Part shown: positions 8,879-19,093 of the stretch, piece by piece
Numbering within the stretch: position 1 is the stretch's first letter
Layout of the letters: each line of letters opens with the position of its first letter
NCBI GenBank assembly: GCA_013416795.1
Contig: RQSC01000019.1
Span: forward strand, 7,648 to 37,315
From: Prasinococcaceae sp. CCMP 1430
Lineage: Eukaryota; Plantae; Prasinodermophyta
Direction: 5' to 3'
Length of the DNA: 29,668 nt
The notes under the pieces: model-generated
The model's input: only the letters and a program-made list of their open reading frames with translations
Told to the model about the DNA's origin: nothing
Databases searched by the model: none
Translations under genes and position numbers: made by a program

Positions 8879-9342
8879 GCGCACGGCGACACGCTGCAGA
8901 TCGCGCAGCTGGTGCTCGCCGCGCGCCTGGCGGGCAGGGCGGGGCCCACGCCGGACGAGGCGCGGCGGCACCGCGAGTACGGCATGCAGACGGGGGAGCT
9001 CAGGGAGGTCGGCGGGGGGTGAGGGGGTGGCGCGCGCACGACCACCCACACCCACACCCACCCACCCACCACGCCCAAACAAACGCGCGCGCGCGCAGAG
9101 AGGCGTGCACGCGCACGCGCACATCGCGAACGCGTACACGCACGCGCGCGCACACACATGCGCGCACCGGCGCTCAGCTCAACACCACGGTATAATACAA
9201 CCACGCCCGCCCGCCCGCGCCTGTTGAGCTCGGCCGAGGCGCTCCCTCGGCGTGCGTGTGCGCGCGTGTGTGTGTGCGCGCGCGTGCGCGTGTGCGCGCG
9301 CGCATGCGCGTGTGTGCGCGCGCGCGCTCCTTCTTACCCACG

Positions 9343-12300
9343 TCACTTGGCCTGATACCAGTTCTTGGCCCGCCCTGCGTCGACGGCGAGCTCGACGTCG
9401 AGCCTGTTGGCGAAGCCGCCGCCCTCGGCGTCGCGGAAGGGGTGCGCCATGATGTGCGCCATGCGCGCCTGCGCCTCCTCGGCGTGCGCCTCGGGGCCCT
9501 CCATGAGGATCTCGTCGTGCACCTGGAGGAGCATGCGGTAGCCCATGGCGCGCAGCGGCGCGTCGCCCGCGAGCTCCACCATGGCGAGCGCCACGATGTC
9601 CGCCGCGGAGCCCTGGATGGGGGTGTTGATCGCCGCGCGCTCCGCGTGGCCGCGCGCAGAGGCGGAGCGCGAGGCGATGTCGGGGAGGCGGCGACGGCGG
9701 CCGAGCAGCGTGCACACCTCGCCGTAGCGCAGCGCCTCCGCGCGCACGCGCGCCTGCCAGTCGCGAACCTGCGCGCGCGCGTGCGGTGTGCGTACGTGTG
9801 TGCGAATGCGCATGTGCACGTGCGTGAGCGTGTGTGCGTGCGTGGACGCGCGCGCGCGCACACACACGCGTCGCGTCGCGCCGCGCTCGTCGCCGCGCGC
9901 ACGCGCCGCCGCCGGTCGTGCACGCACCTCTGGTCGCGAGTCGTACCACGCGTGGACGGTCTCCTCCGCCTCGCGCAGGCCCGTCCCCCAGTCGCGCGCG
10001 AGGCCGTGCGCCGTCTTGCCGTACGCGATAGAGAAGTTGAGTGTCTTGGCCTTGCGGCGCTCGGCAGCAAAGAGATTCTTCACCAGTGGAACGTCTTCCC
10101 CCGCACCCGCGGCCTCCTCGCGCTCCAGCAGGCACTCCCCGCGCGCGACGGCCTCGCGGATGTGGGGGTACATGTTCAGCGCCGTGCGCGAGTGAAAGTC
10201 GCCCCCCGCGCGGAAGGCCTCCTTCATGGACTCGCAGCCGGCGATGTGCGCGAGCACGCGCAGCTCGAGCTGGCCGTAGTCGGCCACCAGCAGCGTGTTG
10301 CCCTGCAAGGAGGCGCGTCAGCACAGGAACATGTACATGTGCGCGCGTGCGCGTGTGCGCGTGTGCGCGTGCGCGCGTGCGTGCACGTATGCACATACAC
10401 ACGTGCGCGCGTGCGCGCGCGCACACACACAAACACAATCGCGCAAACACTCTCACGCAGCTCACCTCGCCCGCGACGAAGGCACGGCGAATGCCGTAGC
10501 GATCCTTCTCGAGCGCCGGCTGGTTCTGCAGGTTGGGGCGCTTCGAGCTGAGGCGGCCCGTCTCGGTGTTGATGTTGAAGGAGCCGTGCACGCGCTGGTC
10601 GGCGTCCAGCACCCTGAACTTGCCCTGCAGTGGCTCGATGAAGTTGGAGAGGAGCGTCTCGATGGCCGAGACCTCCACCAGCGCGCGGAAGGCCGCGCAC
10701 GCTGCGTCGCCGCGCGCGCCGCCGCCGAAGCCGGCGTGCAGCGGCCCCGGCGCCTCGGGCGTGCCCGCTAGCTGTCGGAGCACGGGCGTGGCCACCGAGG
10801 GCAGCCCCGACGCTGTCAATACCTCGGGCGTGAGCACGCCCTCGCTGATGCGCCTCAGCATCACCTTCTTCGGCGCGTCCTCCTCCGCGTTTTGTGTGGC
10901 CTTTGAAGTGGGAAACTCGCGCTCGCGCTCGATCTCGGTCTTCTGCCGCGCCGCGGACTCCTTCTTCACGAGCGCCGTCTCCGCAGCTGCCAGTGCAGCC
11001 TCGCAGGCCTCCACGACCTCCTCGCCGTCGCGCGTGGCGTCGGCCAGCGAACGCGCGTGGCGCGCCTTCTCGACCTCAGAGCGCAGCGCGCGCAGCTCCG
11101 GCTCGTACTTCGCCGCCCGGTCGGCGTTCACGTAGCCGCCGAAGAGAAGAGTCTGTATCTGCTTGACGCTACTGGCATTCATGTAGCGCCCGCCGGGGCA
11201 CTGCGCTTCCACCCACTCGCGAAACGTGCGCAGGGCCGCCTCGCGCTCCCCTTCGGCGCGCTCCTGCTGCGCGGCGAGATACGCCACGTCCACCTTCATG
11301 CCCTCGGCCTCCATGTCCGTCAGGATCTCCCCGAAGCGCAGCCAGTACCGCTCGTAGAGCTCCCACATTGTGTCACAGCCGCTCATGCGGGCGGCCTCCC
11401 GCCCGCTCACGTCGTTGCCGTCGTCTGCTTCGAGCCGCTTCTCGCGCAGGCGGGTGCGCAGCGCGTCGTACAGGTGCCACGTCGCCTCCGCATCGAGCGC
11501 CGAGTAGCCAACCCAGGCGGCGCGCGTGTCCTCGCCCGTCTGCAGCTCGCGCACGGTGGGCATGATCATGACCTTGCCTGGTGTGCCGTCCTTCTTGAGC
11601 TTGGGCCGCTGAAAGAGCGCTTTCATTGACGTCTTCGAGCGCGCCTCCGCGAAGCGCCGGCCGACGATGCCCGGATCCGAGCTGAGGCTCTCGAGCGAGT
11701 AGCCGCGCACGACGCCGGCGTCGGCGGCGTCGGCGGCGGCGCCCTCACCCGCCTTGCGCACACCCGCGCGCCCGCTGTCGTGCATGCGCGCCATGTGCAT
11801 GGTGTCGCCGGCGAAGCCCGCCAGCGCGCAGCCCGCGCCCTCGAACACGTGCCGGTCGAAGCCGTAGTTGTGCCACACCTTATGAACGCACGGATCCGCG
11901 AGGTAGCCGCGGAAAGCCTCCAGCGTCGCTCTGCCCCCGGGCCTCGCCGGGTCAGTGTCCACCCACACGCAAAGCGGGTCGCCCCCACTCCCGCCCTCGC
12001 CCTCGCCATCGCTTTCGCCATCGCCTGCTCCCGCCCGCACGTATACTGAGAAGCACACGAGCTCGCCAGACAGCCGCGGCGAGTCGTGGCGCACGTCGAT
12101 GCCGTGCACCTCGGTGTCGATCGCATGCACATCGCCTGCGCGCGCGCGCAGCACCGCCGCGACCTCGCGAGCGTGTGAGGGGTCCGTCACGACCACCACA
12201 CCAGGGACCTCCACCACCAGCGGGGCTCGTCGCGCAGGGGCGTCGCCCCCCGCCTCGCCACCATCCTGCGAGAGCACCGCCGATTCGTCCGCTGCGTCGC

Positions 12301-12470
12301 CACTACGTGCCTCAGCGCTGGCGTCAGAGGAATCGTCTGCGTCCGCGCCAAGTGGCGCGCTTGCTACCTCAGGTTCGTCCAGGCGCGCCTCATTCACCTC
12401 GGCCGCGGACGCCGCGAAGCCGCGTGGCGCCGCTACACCAGCTTCGCCACGCCTCAACCGCCTCTGACTG
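9343..12470 (-). CDS. POP: Plant-organellar-type family A DNA polymerase (POP/PolI-like) with 3'-5' exonuclease; 5' end uncertain
   Basis: Exons about 12470..10466, 10302..9928 and 9768..9343; phase-0 GT-AG introns 10465..10303 and 9927..9769. Exo motifs AIDTEV, HNYGFDRH, YSALDAEATW. Pol motifs A (ADYGQLELRVLAH), B (RRKAKTLNFSIAYG) and C (LLQVHDEI), plus POP-typical GGDFHSRTALNMYPHIREAV. Confidence 0.93.
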
Positions 12471-12687
12471 TATGCGGGCGACTCGCGGCGTCGAGCAGCG
12501 GAAGCGGCAGCTGCTCGTGCACGTGTACATGCGCACTCGCACACGCGATCCCCGCGCGCAGCTAGCGAGAGCGCCCGCGTTCTGGCTGGCGCGCGCCTGC
12601 TAGCGCCACCCGCGGGCGGGTCCCTGCCACAGCAGCCGTGGCCCGCGGCTCCGAAGCCCGGCGCGCCCGCCGCTCGCGCGGCCGCGA

Positions 12688-12837
12688 NNNNNNNNNNNNN
12701 NNNNNNNNNNNNNNNNNNNNNNNNNNNNNNNNNNNNNNNNNNNNNNNNNNNNNNNNNNNNNNNNNNNNNNNNNNNNNNNNNNNNNNNNNNNNNNNNNNNN
12801 NNNNNNNNNNNNNNNNNNNNNNNNNNNNNNNNNNNNN
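12688..12837. other. Assembly gap (150 N)
   Basis: Run of N. Confidence 1.
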
Positions 12838-13025
12838 GGGGGGGATGGAAGGCGGGGGCCCGCCCGCCCTCGCGCCCGCCGCAGGCGCGCGCTCTGGCGC
12901 GGCGCGGCGTTCCCGCCAACGCCGCCGCCATCAAAACGCATTCGAAAGCCCCCCAGAAAAAAAGGAGCACGGCATACGCCCGGCCCCGCACACTCCTCCA
13001 TCAGAAAGCACGTTCCTACGAACCG

Positions 13026-13057
13026 AAACAAAATCAAAATCAAAATCAAAATCAAAA
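13026..13057. repeat. (AAAATC)4 in an AT-rich island between the divergent POP and DNAJC11 genes
   Basis: AAAC followed by four AAAATC units at 13030-13053. Confidence 0.9.
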
Positions 13058-13334
13058 ACCCTTTTTTGGGTGGAATTTTGGTGGGAAATGCGCGGAAATG
13101 TGTTTTTGATTGGCACAAGGGGGGGAGGGGGGGGTGACTTGTGGCTGCGGGGCCGACACACACCGCGCTGAGGGGTGTGGGGAGGGGGGCGGAGGCGCCG
13201 CGCGGGCGCCTGCCGCGCTGAGCTCGGGCCGCGGGTCCCAAGATCGTCGCCTCTCGGCGCGGCGGCGCGGCGGCGCGGTCCGTGCGGTCCGCGCGCGCGC
13301 GTGCGCGCGCGCGCGCACCGTCGGGTCCGCAGCG

Positions 13335-13361
13335 CAGCAGCAGCAGCAGCAGCAGCAGCAG
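13335..13361 (+). repeat. (CAG)9 trinucleotide repeat upstream of, and in frame with, the DNAJC11 ATG
   Basis: Directly visible. Confidence 0.95.
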
Positions 13362-13415
13362 CGGCAGTACCAGCAGGTGCCGTCCGGCGGGGGCGACGCC
13401 GTTGCCGCGCCGGCG

Positions 13416-15950
13416 ATGGACGAGCATGAATATGGCGGCGAAGGCGACGGCGCGTGGGGATCTGATAGCGAGGGATCCGAGTCCGACGCCGAGGAGCGCC
13501 TCTTCGATGAGTGGGATGCGGCAGGCGAGGACGGGTGCGTGCGCGCATTCGCAAGCCCGAGCGCCGAGGGCGCCTGGCGGGATGGGCAGAAGAGAGAGAG
13601 AGAGGTAGAGAGGCGGAGATGGCGCGAGCAGGCCAATTTTCGCGCGCCCTGCTCGCGCTGACCCACCCGTCCTGTGCCGGCATCGCTTGGGTGCGCGCGC
13701 GTGCCCCGTCTGCCGCCCGTCGCCCTTCCGCGTCCTGCCCGCCCCGCATGCCCATGCAGCGCCAGCGCGGATGACCCCGACCTGTACGCAGTCCTCGGCG
13801 TACCGCCGCACGCCGACGGGGCCACCCTGCGGGCGGCGTATCGCTCACTCGCGGCTGCTCTACATCCCGATCGCCAGCGTGATCCGGCGCTGCGTGACGA
13901 GGCGACGGCCGCCTTCCGCCGCGTGTGCGAGGCGCATGAGATCCTCGGCGATGCGGCGCGGCGCGCGGTATATGATGCGCATGGGATGCGAGGCATTCGC
14001 GCGGGGCTCACGCTGGCGACCACGGAGGGCGTGCAGGACGCCCAGGCGCTCAGGGAGGCGCTGCTCAGGAGGAAGGTCCGGCGCGAGCGGCGCGTCGGAC
14101 ACTCTGGCGCAGAGTCCCCGCCCTGCTGCGCTGTTGGTGCGGCTGTCGGCCCTCTCGCGCTGACACGCACGCGCGCCTACTCTGGCGTTGCACGCAGGCG
14201 CTCCGCGATGAGCGCCGCGCGGCGCTCAAGTTGCAGGGGCGATATGTAGTCGAGCTTGATGCCGAGGACTTCGTGCGTGCCCCCGACGTGCGAAACCTCG
14301 CGCCGACGTGCGTGGCGATGGCCGCCACGCAGTCGATGGACGTGCCCGTCAGCGAGCGCGACGTGCTGCTCTTCCAGGGGCACGTTCGCGAGGAGCTTGC
14401 CATGCAGAGCGACACCTCCGGCGCGCACTTCATCGTCTCTTGGCACCGCGTCCTCGACGCCGCATCGCACGTCGTTGGCCGCGTGATCATGCTCGGCTCG
14501 GGTCTCGGCTGGGAACTCTCGACGTCGCGCGCCGTGAGCGCGCATGACCGTGTGACGCTCACTGCCGAGGGCGCGGTCGACCCGGCGGCACTCGCAGACG
14601 CCGCCGCCGGCGTGCCGCTCGCCGACCTCCCTGAGAGCGTTACCCATCCCTCCCTGCAGCTCAGCTGGGACCGTCAACTCTTCGCCGACTGGGCGAGCCG
14701 TGTTGACTACTCCTTCCCGCAGGGCGTGCGCGGTGGCGAGCTCACGACCGAGCTTCGCCGCACGTGGGCGAACGGTGCGAGTGCCGTTGGCGCGTGGACC
14801 ATGAGCCTCGTGCGCAATTTGTGGACGCTCAGGCTCGAGAGGCCACTGCTCTCCAAGGCCACCACCGCCATGGCGAAGGCGAGCTTCGGTTGGGACGTTG
14901 CCTTCATGCAACTCGTGCGCCAGGTGCGCTTGCTTTCGCGCACGAGCGCGCGAGCGACGATGCTCGGGCTGCGCCTCCAGCCTCGCTGCCGCCGTGCGAT
15001 TCGCCGCTGACACTCGCGACGTATACACGCGTGCTCGGTGTGTTTGCCTGCGCGTGCGTGCACTCGCTCATCTGCTCTCTCCAAAGGCCGAGGTCTTTGG
15101 CCTGGAGACGCGCATCACGCACCGGCTGGGCAAGCTCTCCAAGATGGGCTTGGGCGTGTCGCTTAAGAGCTCCACCGGCGTGGGCGTGAGCCTGCATTTG
15201 AGCCACGCCAATCAGCACGTCGCCATACCGATGCTGTTGAGTTCGAGCCTCGGGTGGCGCGAGGCCCTCGCGGCCCTCACGGCGCCGCACGCTGCTCTCA
15301 GCGCGGCGTACCTGCTTGTCGCTAAGCCCATGGCGCTGCGCGCCAAGCAGCGGCGGCAGCTCGAGAGCCGCAGGCAGAATGCCGACAAGGTTCGCGCGGC
15401 GCTGCGGCGGGCGGCGCAAGCCGCGCGCGTGTTGCGCGCGCCCGCCGCACGCAAGCGGCGCTCCGAGGAGCGCGCCGAGAATGGTTTGGTTATCGTTGAG
15501 GCACACTACGGCAACCTGCGGGCGATGGATGACCTGCGGCGGGCGGAGGGAAGGTCGGTGGCGGACGAGCATGCTGGAGGAGCAGGGACTTCGGCCGGCA
15601 GGGACACAAGTAGTGGTGACAATGGGAGCAGCGCTGGCAGCATCGACGCGCTGCCCGACTCGGAGCGGGAGGCGCTCGAAGACTTCGCTGCCAACGAGGG
15701 GCTGCCCCCGCCGTTCCTGAAGGTCACGCATGCCACCCAGTTCCTGGTCGACAAGGGCGAGCTCAGGCTGGACGCGGAGGTGCGCAGGTCGGGCATGATG
15801 GGCTTCTGTGACCCTTGCCCTGGCGAGCCCAAGCAGCTGCGCATCAGGTACACCATAGGCGCGGGCAGCGAGCAGGTGGCCACCTTTGGCGACGCCCAGG
15901 CAGTGGTGCTGCCGCCGGCGGGCGCCGCGCCGGCCGCTCCCAATCGGTAA
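13416..15950 (+). CDS. DNAJC11: DnaJ homolog subfamily C member 11 (J domain plus DUF3395-type C-terminus), 674 aa as modelled
   Basis: join(13416..13534,13760..14075,14198..14923,15087..15950) = 2025 nt, all introns GT-AG and frame-consistent. J domain DLYAVLGV...LHPDRQ...RRAVYD. C-terminal GLVIVEAHYG and GFCDPCPGEPKQLRIRY. Confidence 0.88.
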
Positions 15951-16376
15951 AATTTTGGTCTGGCGCTGCACTGATCGCCCGCAGCTGGTCCCCAGTCGGC
16001 CAGGCCCCGCGGCGTGGCGCGGCGACGGCGACGGCGACGGCGATGGCGCGGTCGGCAAGACCCTGGTCATTCGCCTCCATGAATAGGGTCTTCTCGCGTT
16101 ACAGTGCGTGCACACCTGGTCTGCGCGTCGCCCTCCCGGGTCAGTGCCGGCTGCGGCGGTGCGCGGCGCGCGGCGCGCGGTCGCAGCCGCGCGCGCGCGG
16201 GGGAACGGGCGCATATCAAAACGAACTGGAGTTCGCGCGCGGCCGATCGATCGCCGCTCCCTGGCGCAGGCCACAGCGCGCGCGAGCCGCGGCGCGCGTG
16301 AGGCCTGCCTGCCTGCCCGTCCCCTGGGTCCTCTCCCCCCCGCGAGCAGGTGGGGCGGGGAGGGAGGGCGAGCGTC

Positions 16377-18935
16377 ATGGCGCTGTGGCGCGGCAGAGGA
16401 CGAGTCCGGGCGCGCGGAGGCGTGCTCGTGGCGGTGCGCACGGCGACCGTCACCGCGGCCGTCGTCGGGACAATTGCGGGTGCTCGCTCCGCGTTCGTAG
16501 GCGTGCATGGCGCGGCACTGCTGGAGCAGGAGGAGACGACGGGGCTCGTGTCGCTCAGCCCAACAGCGCTTCAAGCACTCTTCACTTTCGCTCCCGCGGG
16601 TGCGGAGAGTGGCGGCGAGAGCACTGCGCCCCCGCCTCCCCCTGCCATCCTCTCGATCGTGGGTGCGCACGAATCGTGCGCGGACGCGCTTGTCGAGGCG
16701 ATTGAGGTCGCTGTGCCACCGCAGGCGCCAGCCGTGAGGACGGCCGCGGCGAACGCCGCGCAGGTGGACGGCTCGCAAGTGCCCGTGCATACGCAGATCA
16801 GCGAGCACCACTCGGAGGGTGCGCGCCTCCTGCCGGGCATCGAGCTCCGCGACTCGTGGCGCGCACTCTCGGACGACCGAGCGCTTGGCGTCGTGCGCGT
16901 GCAGTCACTGGCCGGAGCGCGCGCTATCACCGCGGCGCTTGCCTTGAGCGACGCGGCGCTGTTCATCGTGCGGGCTGGCGACAGTGCCGCACGCACGGAG
17001 GACCTCGAGGCGATGCTCAGCGCACTCAACGCAGAGAGCCAACGCAAACGTGCGCCGCTACGAGTGTGGGCCGTCCTTCAGCCCTCCGTGGGCGGCGCAT
17101 ACGGGGGTAGACAGCTCGTGGATGACGTTGAGGAGATGCAAAAGAGCATGCCTGGGGGCGTCCTCAACTTTGAGGGCGTCCTTCAGGTGGGGTCAGGTGA
17201 CGCCGTTGAAGCCCGCAAGGCGGCCGAAGTCGTGCTCCCGGCCATCCTCGCTGCCGCCCGCTCTGTCCGCATGGATGTGGAGGATGAGTCGATCCAGAAT
17301 TGGGCGTGCTCCGCTGACAAGGCTCTTCTTGACAAGCGCGCGCCCGGCACCGAGAGTACCCTCGAGCCCTCGCGAGCCGCGCTCGACGCCCGCGGGGAAG
17401 CGTTGGCGATGGGTGCTCGAGCGGAGTTCCGTGCTGTTGCCGCGACGCTCGCAGCGATGCCCGTGGAGCAGCGGGACACCATGGTACGCCTTGGCGCAGC
17501 TGCCGACAGACTCACTAAGAAGGTGTCGCAGCTCTGGCGCGACTGCGGCTACAGCAGCTTCTCTGCGGCGGCGGACTCGTTTGAGGTCTCAGCTCAGACG
17601 CTCAAGCGATCTCTAGGTGACGCGCGCTCGCGTGCCCTTGAGGACCTTCAAGGGTTCCTCGAGGAGGACGTCTCCGCGATCGTCGCCGCGGCGATCGAGG
17701 GCATGCGCGCAGACTTGGAAGAGGAAATCAAGGCAGTCCGCGACTTCGACACCCGCCAGCGAGATGGGAAATGCTGCGCACCAGGTATCAAGTACGGACG
17801 CGAGCTTTTCGCCCAGAATCTTCAGGCGCTCCTTAGCAAGCACGATCTTGAGCTTCGAAAGGCCTGCGCGAAATTCGAGACCGAGTGTGAGATCGACCCC
17901 GCCCTTGAGGACATGCGCGCGCTTGCCGAGGCGGCCGCCGCCACCGTTCGCAGCATCACGGGTGATAACCTCGACGCCAACGCGCGGCGGAGGATGGACG
18001 ACGCTGTCAAGAAAGGACTTGAGCGGGCGAGCGCGAGCTTGCTTGAAGCGACGACCTCGCACATCGAGCGCGTCTTTGCCGGCAAGGACGCACAAGACTT
18101 CGCTGAGCAGACCAACCGAATCGGGGTGGCGCTCAAGACACAGCTAATGGTCGAGGCCAAGGTCATTGCTGGGTGGGAGGGCATTCGCGCCAGCGCAGTC
18201 GAAGCCACTAATCAGCGCGGGGGGGCCACCGTCAAGCAGTTCTCAGAGATGGCTGTGGTGGCGACCGAAGTGGCGGGATTCGTTGACCGTGTTCTCTCGG
18301 CAGACTTCGAGAAGCGCCTGGAAGCCTTCGTCAGCAGCACCGCCATCGGCGACCATTTCACCAGGGAGATCAATGACCAGGTGGAGAGGATCAAGTCCGA
18401 GTTCGATGCCCCCTACGAGGCGGCTGTGAAGGCGTTGTACGACTTTCCTGCCGTTCAGGACGACGAACGAAACAATCTTTTGGAGCTCGTCGAGAGGGCG
18501 CACAAGAAGGCCGAGGCGGTCACGCTCAGTGCCAAGGCAAGAGTGCTCGATAAACATGGGAAGGAGCTTGACAGGAAGTTCGTGGTTGCCGCAGACGAGC
18601 TCCTCAGGCACGTCGACGCGATCCTGATCGAGGCGGCGCACCCGAATGGCCATCTCGCACTGCCGCACGAATACCGTGCCGAGGCGGATCACGTGCTTGC
18701 CACCTCGAAGGAGCAGCTCGAGCGCCTTGCCAAGACTTATGAGCTCCTCGAGCACACCTCCGGGCCCGGGCAAGAAACACTACTGGCGTACGAGAGCGCG
18801 TTGGTGGACATGGCACGCAGGCGAGGCATCATGTACAGAAGGGAGCTCATGCTTGGCACGCTTGGAGCTGTGGGCCTTGTGCTCGTGGCGCTGTGCGCGG
18901 TAGTCGCATGGAGGCGCAAAAAGAGAGTTGCCTAG
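16377..18935 (+). CDS. Uncharacterised 852-aa membrane protein: hydrophobic N-terminus, possible degenerate RHD3/Sey1/GBP-like GTPase fold, helical stalk, C-terminal TM
   Basis: Intronless ORF from ATG 16377. The C-terminal segment LMLGTLGAVGLVLVALCAVVAW is followed by RRKKR. The GTPase resemblance is my inference only. Confidence 0.7.
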   Translation: MALWRGRGRVRARGGVLVAVRTATVTAAVVGTIAGARSAFVGVHGAALLEQEETTGLVSLSPTALQALFTFAPAGAESGGESTAPPPPPAILSIVGAHESCADALVEAIEVAVPPQAPAVRTAAANAAQVDGSQVPVHTQISEHHSEGARLLPGIELRDSWRALSDDRALGVVRVQSLAGARAITAALALSDAALFIVRAGDSAARTEDLEAMLSALNAESQRKRAPLRVWAVLQPSVGGAYGGRQLVDDVEEMQKSMPGGVLNFEGVLQVGSGDAVEARKAAEVVLPAILAAARSVRMDVEDESIQNWACSADKALLDKRAPGTESTLEPSRAALDARGEALAMGARAEFRAVAATLAAMPVEQRDTMVRLGAAADRLTKKVSQLWRDCGYSSFSAAADSFEVSAQTLKRSLGDARSRALEDLQGFLEEDVSAIVAAAIEGMRADLEEEIKAVRDFDTRQRDGKCCAPGIKYGRELFAQNLQALLSKHDLELRKACAKFETECEIDPALEDMRALAEAAAATVRSITGDNLDANARRRMDDAVKKGLERASASLLEATTSHIERVFAGKDAQDFAEQTNRIGVALKTQLMVEAKVIAGWEGIRASAVEATNQRGGATVKQFSEMAVVATEVAGFVDRVLSADFEKRLEAFVSSTAIGDHFTREINDQVERIKSEFDAPYEAAVKALYDFPAVQDDERNNLLELVERAHKKAEAVTLSAKARVLDKHGKELDRKFVVAADELLRHVDAILIEAAHPNGHLALPHEYRAEADHVLATSKEQLERLAKTYELLEHTSGPGQETLLAYESALVDMARRRGIMYRRELMLGTLGAVGLVLVALCAVVAWRRKKRVA

Positions 18936-19093
18936 GCGCCGACGAGCGCGCCAAGGCAGCAACCACCACCACGTGCGCTCGAGTGGGGAGGGCCAATGGC
19001 AGTGCGTGCACAGCATGATCGAATAACCAATCAGTATACAAAGTGCGTGCGCGCACGCGGGCGGGCGCGCGCCCTCGCGCCACCGCGCCCGAT

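Larger units (their letters stand above)
8043..9022 (+). pseudogene. Histidine phosphatase / phosphoglycerate-mutase-like gene: 5' end missing, last exon interrupted by a foreign insert
   Basis: Exon 8043..8135 (VFYTSPFSRARETA), intron 8136..8352, exon from 8353 (LRERYFGDGLEGESDARYAEVWAAD). After the insert, in a different frame from 8879: AHGDTLQI...HREYGMQTGELREV* (TGA 9020-9022). No RHG exon found. The disruption may be an assembly artefact. Confidence 0.75.

Noticed and set aside
9179-12991. 1270-aa ORF as the full POP protein
   Set aside because: It reads through two introns, leaves the true frame after the first, crosses an N gap, and its ATG lies in the AT-rich island.
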